Positions 48,068 to 58,099 are shown, numbered from the stretch's first letter. The stretch: 64,000 bases of DNA from Vibrio sp. (GCA_041587235.1 JBFGYW010000002.1:793-64792); one strand, 5' to 3'. Numbers and translations: made by a program. Notes: generated from the sequence alone by a model not told the origin.

Positions 48068-50130
48068 GAGTGTTTAAGGATAATGATAGTCTGCGCCCGC
48101 ATATGAGTATGACCAACGCGCCCGTTGCTAACGCACATCTCATCCATAAACCGCTGCCAAAGGCTCCGACGTTGACAGACTTGACGCCAGCACATGACAG
48201 TGCGTGCCCGATGGCGACCTTGTCCTCGGACACTCAAACTTTAGCATCGGACACTCAGTTTTTACCATTGAACAACAAAGGGGCGATCTCCCTGGTTCGC
48301 CAGAGCATCTCGTCGACGCTGGATCAATGGATCGAGTATTTGTGTCAGCCCGCTTTTCGTCATCATCACATCGAACTGTGGGTCTTTAACGACCGACAAA
48401 CTCGCCGTCGTGCTGAGGCCAAGTTATTTGAGCATGGCATTCACGCTCGGATCCGCAGTGCGTATAAACCCTTTTTGCATTTCTTATTAGAAGATCTCAG
48501 CCCAGCGGAGTTCGAGCGGGTTAATCACCCTGACAGCCGTTTGGTGTTGCAATACCCCAACGATACCTTCGGCAGTGACAAGCGCTTTGCCCTTGAGACC
48601 TACCCATTTGCGAACTTGTGTCACCGGGCCACTATTGAGTTTACCCCGCGCCGCGATCAGCAGCTAAGCTATCAACTCACGGTGACATCGCCTCACGCAG
48701 AACCAGTAAGCTATGAGATTTTTGCTCCTAATGTGGTGAAAACCAACGTGACCGGTCAAGCCAATCTTTCGCCGACCGGCTGGATCACCATCAGCGATGC
48801 CAAGCACCACCCCATTCTCGATGAACGGGTCTATTGCGATTATGAGCAACTCTTTGAAAGTGCGTTACATCAAATTTGTGACGCGCTGCGCGAACACCCC
48901 CACTTTGAACGCTTAATGATAGAAGTGCAAGCTCCCCTGCCCGATGAGCCGCTCAATATTGACCACGAGCACATTAGCTTGCGTGAGGGCCTGCACGAGG
49001 ACTTTTATTTTACTTTACAAGAGTGGTGCAAGCATCAGCAAGACAAAGACGCGCACGACCGCAGCGCGCAGTTTGGCCAAATTGTGCCCAACATTACTTA
49101 CCAAGCCGGTGACTATCACTGTCATTGCTATTTGACCGAGTACTATCGTGACGAGCCAGATGCTTGCTTGATTAAGGCTAATGGTCGTCATCAGCACCCA
49201 GCAGACGCCGCCGAATCGCCGTTAAGCAACGCCACTCAAATGCTAAGCAGTGCCCAGGTGGCGCAGGCTTTAGAGGGGATAAAAGGACAGCCATTGTTGG
49301 CCCAGTCGGTCAGCGGTCTTAGCGTAAAAGCCAAATATTGTCAGGGCACGGATCAGCCAGTGCTGATCAGTGCGGGTCAGCACGCCAATGAAGCCACCGG
49401 TATCGTCGGCGCCTTACACGCGGCGCAGCTACTGAGCCAGCAAGCGGGTCACCACTTTGTCATTTCGCCGCTCGAAAACCCCGATGGCTACGCCTTATAT
49501 CAACACTTGTTACAAGCCAATCCGACCCACATGCACCACGCGGCGCGCTATACGGCACTGGGTAACGATTTGGAGTTTCACAACACTCACCAGCCTTATG
49601 AAAAAGCCATTCGCGAGCAGGCATTGCAGCTAAGTAGGGCCAAACTGCACATCAATTTACACGGCTACCCCGCGCACGAATGGGTACGCCCTCTCTCTGG
49701 CTATATTCCGACCGGTTTTGCCGATTGGACCATACCCAAAGGCTTTTTTGTCATTTTGCGCTATCAAGCGAAGCACTGCCATCTGGCGCTGGCCTTTATT
49801 GAGTATTTAACGCAAACACTGGCGCAAAACCAGGCACTATTAGCCTTCAATAACAAACAACTCAACGCCTTCCAACGCCACGGTGGGCAGTCGGACTTTA
49901 TCTTCATCAATCGGATTCCCTGTTTACTGCAAAAAGTCTCCAACGAGGCTTTAACCCCGTTACAGTTGATCACCGAGTTTCCCGATGAAAGCATTACCGG
50001 TGAGGCGTTTTGCTTTGGGCATCAGGTACAAAGTGACGTCGTCATTAAAGCCTATCAAGCTTTTCAGCATTGTATGGCGCAGCCATCGTTTTCAGCGCTA
50101 CTCACCAGCCACCCCGACCTCTCACTTTGA
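48064..50130 (+). CDS. 688-aa protein: unassigned N-terminal half plus C-terminal M14 / succinylglutamate-desuccinylase-aspartoacylase-like zinc hydrolase domain
   Basis: ATGA overlap with the permease stop. The C-terminal half has SAGQHANEATG (HxxE zinc motif resembling the HGNE motif of AstE/AspA), LENPDG and INLHGYP (third His ligand candidate). I recognised no family for residues 1 to about 430. Confidence 0.65.
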   Translation: MRVFKDNDSLRPHMSMTNAPVANAHLIHKPLPKAPTLTDLTPAHDSACPMATLSSDTQTLASDTQFLPLNNKGAISLVRQSISSTLDQWIEYLCQPAFRHHHIELWVFNDRQTRRRAEAKLFEHGIHARIRSAYKPFLHFLLEDLSPAEFERVNHPDSRLVLQYPNDTFGSDKRFALETYPFANLCHRATIEFTPRRDQQLSYQLTVTSPHAEPVSYEIFAPNVVKTNVTGQANLSPTGWITISDAKHHPILDERVYCDYEQLFESALHQICDALREHPHFERLMIEVQAPLPDEPLNIDHEHISLREGLHEDFYFTLQEWCKHQQDKDAHDRSAQFGQIVPNITYQAGDYHCHCYLTEYYRDEPDACLIKANGRHQHPADAAESPLSNATQMLSSAQVAQALEGIKGQPLLAQSVSGLSVKAKYCQGTDQPVLISAGQHANEATGIVGALHAAQLLSQQAGHHFVISPLENPDGYALYQHLLQANPTHMHHAARYTALGNDLEFHNTHQPYEKAIREQALQLSRAKLHINLHGYPAHEWVRPLSGYIPTGFADWTIPKGFFVILRYQAKHCHLALAFIEYLTQTLAQNQALLAFNNKQLNAFQRHGGQSDFIFINRIPCLLQKVSNEALTPLQLITEFPDESITGEAFCFGHQVQSDVVIKAYQAFQHCMAQPSFSALLTSHPDLSL

Positions 50131-50276
50131 GTGGTCTTTATCGATCATTTAGCGCCTCCATGACCGTTCGTCTTAAATTACACCCAAGTTGGTGATAAAA
50201 ACACCACTAGACGACCGGTCTAATCTTAGTTAGGATGGGGCCTATTATTTAGGATTTGTCTTGGGGAGCCGGTTTG

Positions 50277-50936
50277 ATGACTACGCGCAATACGTTTCAA
50301 GATACCCGTCAGCACATCCTCGCCACTGGCTACCAACTTGTGGTCAAGCACGGTTTTTACGCCCTTGGACTGTCAAAACTGCTCCAGACCGCGCAAGTGC
50401 CCAAGGGCTCGTTTTATCATTATTTTCGTTCCAAAGAGCACTTTGGCGAGTGTTTGATTGAATTTTATCTCGAGCATTATTCGCAGCGAATCAAGACGAT
50501 ATTTTCCCAGCCTCAACACAGTGCTGACCAGAAAATTTTGGCCTTCTTTGAGGCGTGGATGCAAGTGGAACTCGATACTCAATACGCCCATCGCTGCTTG
50601 GTGGTTAAACTCAGCGGCGAAGTAGCCGATCTCTCTGACCCCATGCGAAACGGGTTAAACCGCGCCGCCGAAAAGATTATCGCCAGTTTGGCAGGCGTGA
50701 TTGCCGAAGGGCTGCAAGAGGGCTCTATCCAGGCTGTCGATCCTGTCCGCTTTGCCAAACAGTTATACCAAACTTGGCTAGGGGCTTGCCTGTTGCACAA
50801 ACTCTCGCAAGATGCCGAGGTATTGGAAAGCACCTTAGCGTTAACAGCTGAGTGGTTATCGTCCACCCAGTCACCTACACAAGCTTTACACCATGACGAA
50901 CTTCACCAGTCACGGAGCACTGACCGTCACTGTTGA
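50277..50936 (+). CDS. TetR-family transcriptional regulator
   Basis: HTH block ILATGYQLVVKHGFYALGLSKLLQTAQVPKGSFYHYFRSKEHF. Confidence 0.85.
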   Translation: MTTRNTFQDTRQHILATGYQLVVKHGFYALGLSKLLQTAQVPKGSFYHYFRSKEHFGECLIEFYLEHYSQRIKTIFSQPQHSADQKILAFFEAWMQVELDTQYAHRCLVVKLSGEVADLSDPMRNGLNRAAEKIIASLAGVIAEGLQEGSIQAVDPVRFAKQLYQTWLGACLLHKLSQDAEVLESTLALTAEWLSSTQSPTQALHHDELHQSRSTDRHC

Positions 50937-50980
50937 CCGACAGAAATCATCGATTTTGGCTTAACTTTCTAGGAGCTTTT

Positions 50981-52012
50981 ATGACTCAAACAACCAACCG
51001 CCGCATCGTGCTCGCCTCTCGTCCTCACGGAGCACCAACTGCAGACAACTTTCGACTCGAGCAAGGCGCCAAACCCACAGTGCAAGAAGGTGAAGTGTTG
51101 TTACGCTGTGTGTACTTGTCTTTAGACCCTTATATGCGCGGCCGTATGAGCGATGCCAAGTCCTATGCCGACCCTGTCGCGATTGACGAGGTCATGGTCG
51201 GTGGCACCGTCTGCCAGGTGGCAGAATCACTCAACGATGAATTTCAGGTCGGTGAATGGGTGGTGGCCTTTACCGGCTGGCAAGATTACGCGGTATCCAA
51301 CGGTCAAGGCCTGCTCAAACTCGGTCAAAACCCGGCACACCCTTCCTACGCACTCGGTGTGATGGGCATGCCTGGATTTACCGCCTATATGGGACTGCTC
51401 GACATTGGCCAACCCAAAGCAGGTGAAACCGTTGTGGTTGCCGCAGCAACCGGGCCTGTGGGCGCCACTGTCGGCCAGATTGCCAAACTCAAAGGATGTC
51501 GTGTGGTCGGTATTGCCGGCGGCGAAGAAAAATGCCGCTACGCCAAGCAGGAGCTAGGGTTTGATGCCTGTATCGATCACAAAACCGAAGATTTTGCCGA
51601 GCAGCTCACTCAAGCCTGTGACGCGGGTATCGATGTGTACTTTGAAAATGTCGGCGGTAAAGTCTTTGATGCGGTATTGCCCTTGCTCAACGCCAAAGCC
51701 CGTATTCCGTTATGTGGTATGGTCTCACAATACAACGCCACTGCCCCACAACCCGGCCCAGATCGCATGGGGGCCTTGATGGGACAACTGCTGGTCAAAC
51801 GCATTAAGATGCAAGGCTTTATTATCTTTGATGATTACGGCCATCGTTATCAAGAGTTTGCCGAAGCCATGACACCTTGGGTGGAAAACGGTGACATCCG
51901 ATACCGCGAGCAAATCGTGAACGGGCTTGAACAAGCGCCCGAAGCCTTTATCGGTCTGTTGGAAGGCAAAAACTTTGGCAAGTTGGTGATTCAGGTCAAT
52001 CAACCGCTGTAA
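50981..52012 (+). CDS. NADP-dependent alkenal/enone oxidoreductase (MDR family, YncB/CurA-like)
   Basis: AGGAG RBS. Cofactor motif AAATGPVGATVGQIAKLKGCRVVGIAGG. N-terminus of the YncB type (NRRIVLASRPHGAPTADNFRLE). Confidence 0.85.
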   Translation: MTQTTNRRIVLASRPHGAPTADNFRLEQGAKPTVQEGEVLLRCVYLSLDPYMRGRMSDAKSYADPVAIDEVMVGGTVCQVAESLNDEFQVGEWVVAFTGWQDYAVSNGQGLLKLGQNPAHPSYALGVMGMPGFTAYMGLLDIGQPKAGETVVVAAATGPVGATVGQIAKLKGCRVVGIAGGEEKCRYAKQELGFDACIDHKTEDFAEQLTQACDAGIDVYFENVGGKVFDAVLPLLNAKARIPLCGMVSQYNATAPQPGPDRMGALMGQLLVKRIKMQGFIIFDDYGHRYQEFAEAMTPWVENGDIRYREQIVNGLEQAPEAFIGLLEGKNFGKLVIQVNQPL

Positions 52013-52034
52013 CCGAACAGCAATTTAATCTTAT

Positions 52035-52074
52035 AAAGAGGCCGAGCCCGGTAAAGGGGCTCGGCCTCTTTTTT
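52035..52074 (+). terminator. strong rho-independent terminator
   Basis: agaggccgagccc-ggtaaa(g)-gggctcggcctct followed by TTTTT. Confidence 0.8.
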
Positions 52075-52095
52075 GAATGCTACTGCTCGCCGCGT

Positions 52096-53640
52096 TCACG
52101 ATGGGAATATTTTATCTGAATAGTCGATGGCTTGAGACGACACGTCTGGCTTGTGGAAATAAAAGCCTTGTAGCACCTCAAAACCCAGCGTTTCGAGCGC
52201 GGTCACTTGTCGCGCCGTTTCCACCCCTTCGACGATCGTCCCCATATCAAAGTCTTTTGCGATTTGCTTGACGTGATTCAAAATCAGATCCGAAGAGCCA
52301 TTTTGACCAACCTGATTGATGAACACTTTGTCGATTTTAAGGTAGTCAAACCTGTGGTCTTTGATCAAAGACAGGCCAGAATAACCGGTACCAAAATCAT
52401 CAATCGAAAAGCGCACGCCAATCGGGCGTAAACTCGACATCAAATAGCTTAAGTTATTGCTTTTTTTCTCATCGAGTTCTAAGTTTTCGGTGATCTCGAT
52501 AACGATCGATGAACACAAGGCGTTGTGATCGTTGAGCAAAGTAATTATTCGACTCAACGCATCGCAATCGTCTAATAACACTCGGCTTAAGTTGACACTG
52601 ATGTACTTATCGGCAAAGTGTTGCGGGTGTTTTTTGATTAACGCCAGGGCATCTTCAAACACTTGATAAGTGACTTTGTCGATCAGTTGGATATTTTCCA
52701 ATACCGGAACAAACACCATCGGCGATACCACACCTTGTAGCGGGTTATACCAACGCAGCAGCGCTTCATAACCGATCACATCCGATTGGCGATGATTGAC
52801 AATCGCTTGTAAATACACATTAAACTCGCGCTTTTGATAGGCTTGTGCCACCAAGATATTTAAAGAGTGCGACTTCGTTCGGTACATGATGTAGACAATA
52901 ATGACCGCTTGGGCCAAAACAACAATGATCAAATACGGCAAATGATCGAGCAATTTACACAAGTAATACTGAGAGTTGGGATCAATTTCAATTTGCGGGC
53001 CACGATCATCACTCACGACAATGCGCGAGTCGCTCAAGGTGCCCTTATGATCCAGAACTTCTTGGTCAACCAAGATGCGATAAGCAATATTCTCTGTATC
53101 GAACACCTTTTCAAAAATACCGCGTACGTGACGCAGCGGCATGATCATCGATGCCCAATAGCCTTTTTCCAACCCAGTAAAGAACAACATACTGGTTTTG
53201 TCGGTGTACTGAGGAACAATTTGATAGATCGAATTTTCGTTGATTTCGCCAATCGGATAATGGGCAACAAGATCGATGTTGACGCTTTCTAAGTACGAAG
53301 AGCAAGTCAAAACCATATAGCGATTGACCAGGCCAATCGCATCAATGTAATTGGAGTTATACACTGCTTGGCGCGCTTGCTTAGCGTAGGTCGGACAGTC
53401 GAGCGGGCTGATCCCCAGCAGTTGGGTTTTCACTGCGACGCGCTCTTGGTGCAACAACTGATTAAAATGATTTAACGCAAGATGAATTTTTTCATCCAGT
53501 GACCAACGCGAGTGCAACGACACAATACCAACATACGACAAAACCGTAATAAAGCCACACAAGGCAATGAATTTGGCGATGTGGGTACGGTCAAAATAAT
53601 ATTGATAGTGTCGAGTTAACCATTGATTAATTTTGAGCAT
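52096..53640 (-). CDS. CSS-motif sensor domain / EAL-domain c-di-GMP phosphodiesterase
   Basis: An N-terminal TM, a periplasmic segment containing LTCSSYLE (CSS motif), a second TM, then an EAL domain (EALLRWYNP, DDFGTGYSGL). Start trimmed to MLKINQW. Confidence 0.85.
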   Translation of the reverse strand: MLKINQWLTRHYQYYFDRTHIAKFIALCGFITVLSYVGIVSLHSRWSLDEKIHLALNHFNQLLHQERVAVKTQLLGISPLDCPTYAKQARQAVYNSNYIDAIGLVNRYMVLTCSSYLESVNIDLVAHYPIGEINENSIYQIVPQYTDKTSMLFFTGLEKGYWASMIMPLRHVRGIFEKVFDTENIAYRILVDQEVLDHKGTLSDSRIVVSDDRGPQIEIDPNSQYYLCKLLDHLPYLIIVVLAQAVIIVYIMYRTKSHSLNILVAQAYQKREFNVYLQAIVNHRQSDVIGYEALLRWYNPLQGVVSPMVFVPVLENIQLIDKVTYQVFEDALALIKKHPQHFADKYISVNLSRVLLDDCDALSRIITLLNDHNALCSSIVIEITENLELDEKKSNNLSYLMSSLRPIGVRFSIDDFGTGYSGLSLIKDHRFDYLKIDKVFINQVGQNGSSDLILNHVKQIAKDFDMGTIVEGVETARQVTALETLGFEVLQGFYFHKPDVSSQAIDYSDKIFPS

Positions 53641-53896
53641 AGAGGTTGTCTGTACCAATAAGTGTACGTGCAGTGACACCGGTGACTATTAATATATTAA
53701 TCACCGCATTATGAGAAGCCTGTCAATAAAAAGCCAGTAACTCGAATAGTGAATAATTAATTTGTGAGATGGGTTGGGTTTTTAATTGCAATGTCATTTG
53801 TTTACATGTTTATTGGTAATGATGAACTCTACTTGTCGAGCATGTCGCCGAACGTCGCTTCACCCGCACTCAATTGGCGACCTTTTTCTCCCCCCT

Positions 53897-53926
53897 GTGA
53901 GCAAAGCCATCGTGAGCAAAACCATC
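53897..53926. repeat. tandem 15-bp direct repeat in the EAL / glycan-module intergenic region
   Basis: gtgagcaaagccatc (53897-53911) and gtgagcaaaaccatc (53912-53926); one mismatch. Confidence 0.9.
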
Positions 53927-54026
53927 TTTACATCCCCAAGGGCAACATTTTGAACAAAACTGACCCGCGCTGGCGTTAAATTGACACCTTAAGCTCTCTT
54001 TTCGACAAGTATTCACTCTGTAGCGC

Positions 54027-54053
54027 TTGAAGCTGGGATTTGTCTGATATAAT
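54027..54053 (+). promoter_or_regulatory. candidate sigma70 promoter with extended -10 for the 54184 operon
   Basis: TTGAAG (54027-54032), a 15-nt spacer ending in TGa, then TATAAT (54048-54053). It lies about 130 nt upstream of the ATG at 54184. Confidence 0.4.
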
Positions 54054-54183
54054 GTTTTAGCCATAGCCCTGATTGAACTAGGCAAAGCTTGATTCATAGC
54101 TTCTTGAAATAATATAAAAATATAAAAAATAACAATAAACGCCCTAAAAAAGGCGACAGGATTTTCAACACCCAGGACGTGAC

Positions 54184-55290
54184 ATGGCATACCAATCTTT
54201 ACAGAGTTTAGGCTCGGTTTTTCTCGCACCGATACTGCACTTTTTTTGTCAGCAGCTCGATCAAGCCACCGCCCCCTCTCAACGCCTGTTTTTTCTCGCG
54301 CGAGAAGGGTATTGGCTCGAAAAAGCGTATCAGACGTATCAAGCCGCCGGCGATCTAACCTGCCCCGACGTGCTACCACCTGCCGTGCTGACCGCAGATG
54401 CGCTTAGCCACTCAGCACCGAAAACCACAGAATACCTGCTGGTATCACGAGCCTTCTTATTTAAGATTGGGTTACTTGAACCTGAAACCTATCAATATTC
54501 ACTCAATTTTAATTTCAGCGGTACCTTGTACCAATTAATGCGTACTCGCTTTATGATCAGCGACGTGAGTATTAACAAGGCCTTTTCGCGCAAAGAGCAA
54601 AACAAGCACATTGCCCTGCCGCAAGACATAGATAAAGTCACCAAACTGCTCAACCACAGCTTGGCGCCGCTGAGCCCGATCATCAACCAAACCAAAATGG
54701 CCTATCAGGCGTACCTAACTCAGCGTGGTTATTTTGAGCCGGCGCAAACACACCTGGTTGATATTGGCTACAGTGGCACGATTCAAACCCTATTGACCTT
54801 GATTTTTAAGCAGCCAACTCAAGGGCATTACTTAATTGCCTCGCAGCCGGGTAAAAACCAAATCGGTAGCCACACCGTGAGCATGACGGGGTATCTCAAA
54901 GAGGGCGTCAAACTCGGTGATGGCTATTTGCCACTCGATCGCTCTATGTTCCTCGAATCACTCCTCACCGCGCCAAACGGCCAGTTTCAAGACATTCGCT
55001 TTAACCCCCTAGAGCACCGGGAGTTTGATGTTTATTTTGGTCGTAAAACCTCTGCTCAGCACCACTTTTATTTGTTGGAACAAGTTTTTCAGGGCGCCTT
55101 GCAACGCTTGTGTCAGCTGCAAAACGATCAGGTGAGTTTCAGCCACAGTGAGATCGAGCAGCTTTTCACGCAATTTGTCACGCAACAAGGGTTGATTCCC
55201 CGCACCTCGTGGCCGTTATTTTCTATTGATGACGATACCGCCAATGTCGGCACAGTATCGCCTCTCGACTTTTTTGGTCTGCGTCTATGA
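54184..55290 (+). CDS. hypothetical protein (368 aa), resembles the non-catalytic C-terminal part of COG5610-type HAD-like proteins
   Basis: Long ORF with an ATGA overlap to the next gene. Blocks RLFFLAREGYWLEKAY and LVDIGYSGTIQ recall that family from memory only. Confidence 0.55.
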   Translation: MAYQSLQSLGSVFLAPILHFFCQQLDQATAPSQRLFFLAREGYWLEKAYQTYQAAGDLTCPDVLPPAVLTADALSHSAPKTTEYLLVSRAFLFKIGLLEPETYQYSLNFNFSGTLYQLMRTRFMISDVSINKAFSRKEQNKHIALPQDIDKVTKLLNHSLAPLSPIINQTKMAYQAYLTQRGYFEPAQTHLVDIGYSGTIQTLLTLIFKQPTQGHYLIASQPGKNQIGSHTVSMTGYLKEGVKLGDGYLPLDRSMFLESLLTAPNGQFQDIRFNPLEHREFDVYFGRKTSAQHHFYLLEQVFQGALQRLCQLQNDQVSFSHSEIEQLFTQFVTQQGLIPRTSWPLFSIDDDTANVGTVSPLDFFGLRL

Positions 55291-57314
55291 ATTACCGAGC
55301 TCTGATAAAACAAAAATTTCCCTATGTTGAACGCTTGCTAAGAAAACACCCAGGTTTGATGAAGCAGGCGATAGAAATAGAGGGAGCGTTACTGCGCCGA
55401 GGCATGAAAAAACAAGCCAAGCAGTTGCCCTCGCGTCAATATCCTGAACACTCGGAGCATCAATCGCTATTGACTCAAGCCAAGCAGGAGCAATGGTTTG
55501 ACGCCAATTGGTACAGTGAAAACCAACAACATGGCTTTGCGAATGAAGAGGCCGCCTTTGCCGACTACTTGTACAAAAGCGCCTTTTCCCCCGTTAGCCC
55601 AAGTCCGCGTTTTGACAATCTCGTCTACCTCAAGCAACACCCCGAGGCCTATTACGCGGGACTGAGCCCACTGGCCCATTATTTAGCCAACCCAGATCCC
55701 AATCAGGTCGCGGCGTTTACGCCCAAATGGCAACCCAAAGATCAATTGCGCCCCACCATTGATACAGATCTGATTAATCAGCAAAAAATTGCCATTTGCC
55801 TGCACATTTTCTACCCCGACTTTATTGACTATTATCTCGATTGCCTGCGTCATTTTCCCGCTCAGTTCGATGTTTTTATTACCGTCAGTCAAGACGAGTG
55901 GCACGCGAGCATCACCGAGAAGTTTCAAACGCTCGATAAGCTCCAACGCCTTGAAGTTCGAACCGCTGTTAACCGTGGTCGCAACTTTGGTCCCTTGCTG
56001 GTTGAGTTTGGTCAAACCCTACTCGAGTACGATTTGTTTTGTCATCTGCATTCGAAAAAGTCCCTCTACTCAGGCCGAGCTCAAACCCAATGGGCCGATT
56101 ACTTAGGTGAGTACTTACTCAGAGATTGCCATGTCATTGCCCGTGCGATCAGTTTTATGGCACAAAATGACGATTGCGGCCTCTATTACCCAACGTTTTT
56201 CCCCATGATGCCTGATTGGGTCAATCACTGGCTTAAAAACATTCCGCATCGCGAGCGCTTTTATGCTCAGTGGGGGATCAAAGACCGCAGCGATTTTCTT
56301 GCCTACCCGGTCGGTGGCATGTTTTGGGCCAAGCCTCAAGCCCTTAAACCACTCCTTGCGCAGCCACACCAGTATGACGACTTTCCTGCCGAGCCTCTGC
56401 CCAATGACGGTTCTGAGTTGCACGCCCTAGAACGCTGTATGGGTTTACTGGCTGAGCAACAAGGCTACAAGCAGCTGTTCTACTACCCAGAATTAGGCAG
56501 CTTTACTCAAGACAAGGGCCATATTTTTAGCCATTATGTCAAGCAGCCTGACGAACTGGTTCAGCAGCTTGCCCCTTACTCGATCATTTCTTTTGATGTG
56601 TTCGACACCTTAATTCGCCGCAGCCATTTTGTCGCCGACTACGCCAAATTCAAACTAGGTCAGTACCTGGTTAAGCACGGTCATCTCGCCTGCCCACACC
56701 AATTTGTGCAATGGCGCAACCAGGCGGAATATCAAGCGCGAGAGCACAAGCACTTTCAGGGTGATGTCGATATTTTTGCGGTCTACCAACAATTGGCCAC
56801 CACGCTCAACTGGAGCCCAGAGCAAGCCACTCGCTTTGCCGAGCTTGAATTTGCTTATGATTTAGAGATGATCAAAAGCAAAGATGAAATGGTGGAATTG
56901 CTCAATAACTTCATCGTGGCAGGCAAAATCGTCTACATTATTTCGGATACTTATTACACCGAGCACCAAATCGTGATGATGTTGAGAAAAGCCGGTGTGA
57001 GCAATGGCTATAAGTTATTTGTCTCTTCGGCGTTGGAGCTTCGCAAGGACAACGGCAGCATGTGGCACTACATCAAGCAACACATGCCGAGTAATGCGCG
57101 CTTTATTCACCTCGGTGACAACGCGGTCTCCGATGCACAAATTCCCGGCGAAATGGGTCTGGCCAATATCCACTTGCTCAACCCGATCGACAAATGGCAA
57201 GCGGTCGGAGGCGACAACCCATTTGCAGAACAAGAGAAATTAGATGAATATACCATTAAAAAATGGGGACCGCTGATCAGTGACTTGGGCCGCTATCCCT
57301 TTATTGGCGAGTAG
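55287..57314 (+). CDS. fusion protein: RgpF (rhamnan-synthesis-F)-like glycosyltransferase region plus C-terminal HAD-like hydrolase domain
   Basis: Blocks IAICLHIFYPDF, NRGRNFGP and CHLHSKKS resemble RgpF-family signatures. The C-terminal IISFDVFDTLIRR is a HAD DxDxT motif, followed later by HLGDN. The N-terminus has two FD..Y...P.....PL.HYL-type repeats. Confidence 0.6.
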   Translation: MNYRALIKQKFPYVERLLRKHPGLMKQAIEIEGALLRRGMKKQAKQLPSRQYPEHSEHQSLLTQAKQEQWFDANWYSENQQHGFANEEAAFADYLYKSAFSPVSPSPRFDNLVYLKQHPEAYYAGLSPLAHYLANPDPNQVAAFTPKWQPKDQLRPTIDTDLINQQKIAICLHIFYPDFIDYYLDCLRHFPAQFDVFITVSQDEWHASITEKFQTLDKLQRLEVRTAVNRGRNFGPLLVEFGQTLLEYDLFCHLHSKKSLYSGRAQTQWADYLGEYLLRDCHVIARAISFMAQNDDCGLYYPTFFPMMPDWVNHWLKNIPHRERFYAQWGIKDRSDFLAYPVGGMFWAKPQALKPLLAQPHQYDDFPAEPLPNDGSELHALERCMGLLAEQQGYKQLFYYPELGSFTQDKGHIFSHYVKQPDELVQQLAPYSIISFDVFDTLIRRSHFVADYAKFKLGQYLVKHGHLACPHQFVQWRNQAEYQAREHKHFQGDVDIFAVYQQLATTLNWSPEQATRFAELEFAYDLEMIKSKDEMVELLNNFIVAGKIVYIISDTYYTEHQIVMMLRKAGVSNGYKLFVSSALELRKDNGSMWHYIKQHMPSNARFIHLGDNAVSDAQIPGEMGLANIHLLNPIDKWQAVGGDNPFAEQEKLDEYTIKKWGPLISDLGRYPFIGE

Positions 57315-57424
57315 TCGCCGCCCAATGCCTTGAGTGCGTATCAACAGACCTGCAACCCCATTGATATCACACACTGCCTTGTGGCGGTTGATATTGACTT
57401 TAACCTGTTGATACTAAATTTAAA

Positions 57425-58099
57425 ATGAACCACGGATTGACCATGAGTTTAGACAAGATAAAAAAACGATTATTGATTTCAACCTTGAGCATCATGCCCA
57501 AAAGTACCAAGCACAAAGCCTTGGTCAAAGTCCTCAACCGAGTGGGCCAATACCAGCATGATGATTTGCAAGGCCAAGTGGTCGAAATTGCCGTCCCAGA
57601 GATCAAATTAGCCGCACAACTTGTGGTGACTAAAGGCAAGATCTCCCTCGCCGAAGACAACACCGTCGCCCACTCCCCTCAAGGTGACATCCCCACTTTT
57701 ACCTTACACTTTGATGACCTGTGCCAAGTGGGACGCAAAAAAGATTTGCTGATGTTGGCTGAACAACACAGCCAACAGCACCCTATAGTCTTGGCTTTGG
57801 TCAATGCCATCAATGATAAAGCGCTCGACCAAACTTTAGATCTCATCTACCAAAAACTCTCTGCCCCTAACTTAAGGCCGCCGCGCTTTGATCTTGACAA
57901 GGCAAGCTTAAACGACCTAGAAACCGCCGCCGATATTGACTTTGTTCGCGATAGCGCGGTGAAAATGGAGCAACAAGATCTGATAAAAGCCCACCAATTG
58001 ATGACCCTTGCTCATCAAGCGCGCCCACAAGGCCAGTTCATCAAAGACAAACTGGCGCTTTACCGTCAACAACTTGGCATGACTCATGATAACGCTTGA
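57425..58099 (+). CDS. hypothetical soluble protein (224 aa), N-terminal half possibly SCP2-like
   Basis: The ORF overlaps the kpsT-like gene by 14 nt. The hydrophobic/charged spacing in residues about 10-125 loosely resembles UbiT/YhbT SCP2 domains. This is not verified. Confidence 0.5.
   Translation: MNHGLTMSLDKIKKRLLISTLSIMPKSTKHKALVKVLNRVGQYQHDDLQGQVVEIAVPEIKLAAQLVVTKGKISLAEDNTVAHSPQGDIPTFTLHFDDLCQVGRKKDLLMLAEQHSQQHPIVLALVNAINDKALDQTLDLIYQKLSAPNLRPPRFDLDKASLNDLETAADIDFVRDSAVKMEQQDLIKAHQLMTLAHQARPQGQFIKDKLALYRQQLGMTHDNA

Noticed and set aside
53870-54379. 169-aa minus-strand ORF overlapping the start of the 54184 gene
   Set aside because: The sequence is Arg-rich and low-complexity, typical of antisense translation. 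It has no RBS and overlaps a better-supported plus-strand gene and its promoter region.
57425-57520. PKSTKHK segment in the 224-aa protein as a possible sulfotransferase 5'-PSB loop
   Set aside because: The PAPS-binding loop I recall is PKxG(T/S)(T/S). Here the Gly is missing, and I saw no 3'-PB-like motif. That is insufficient to call a sulfotransferase.
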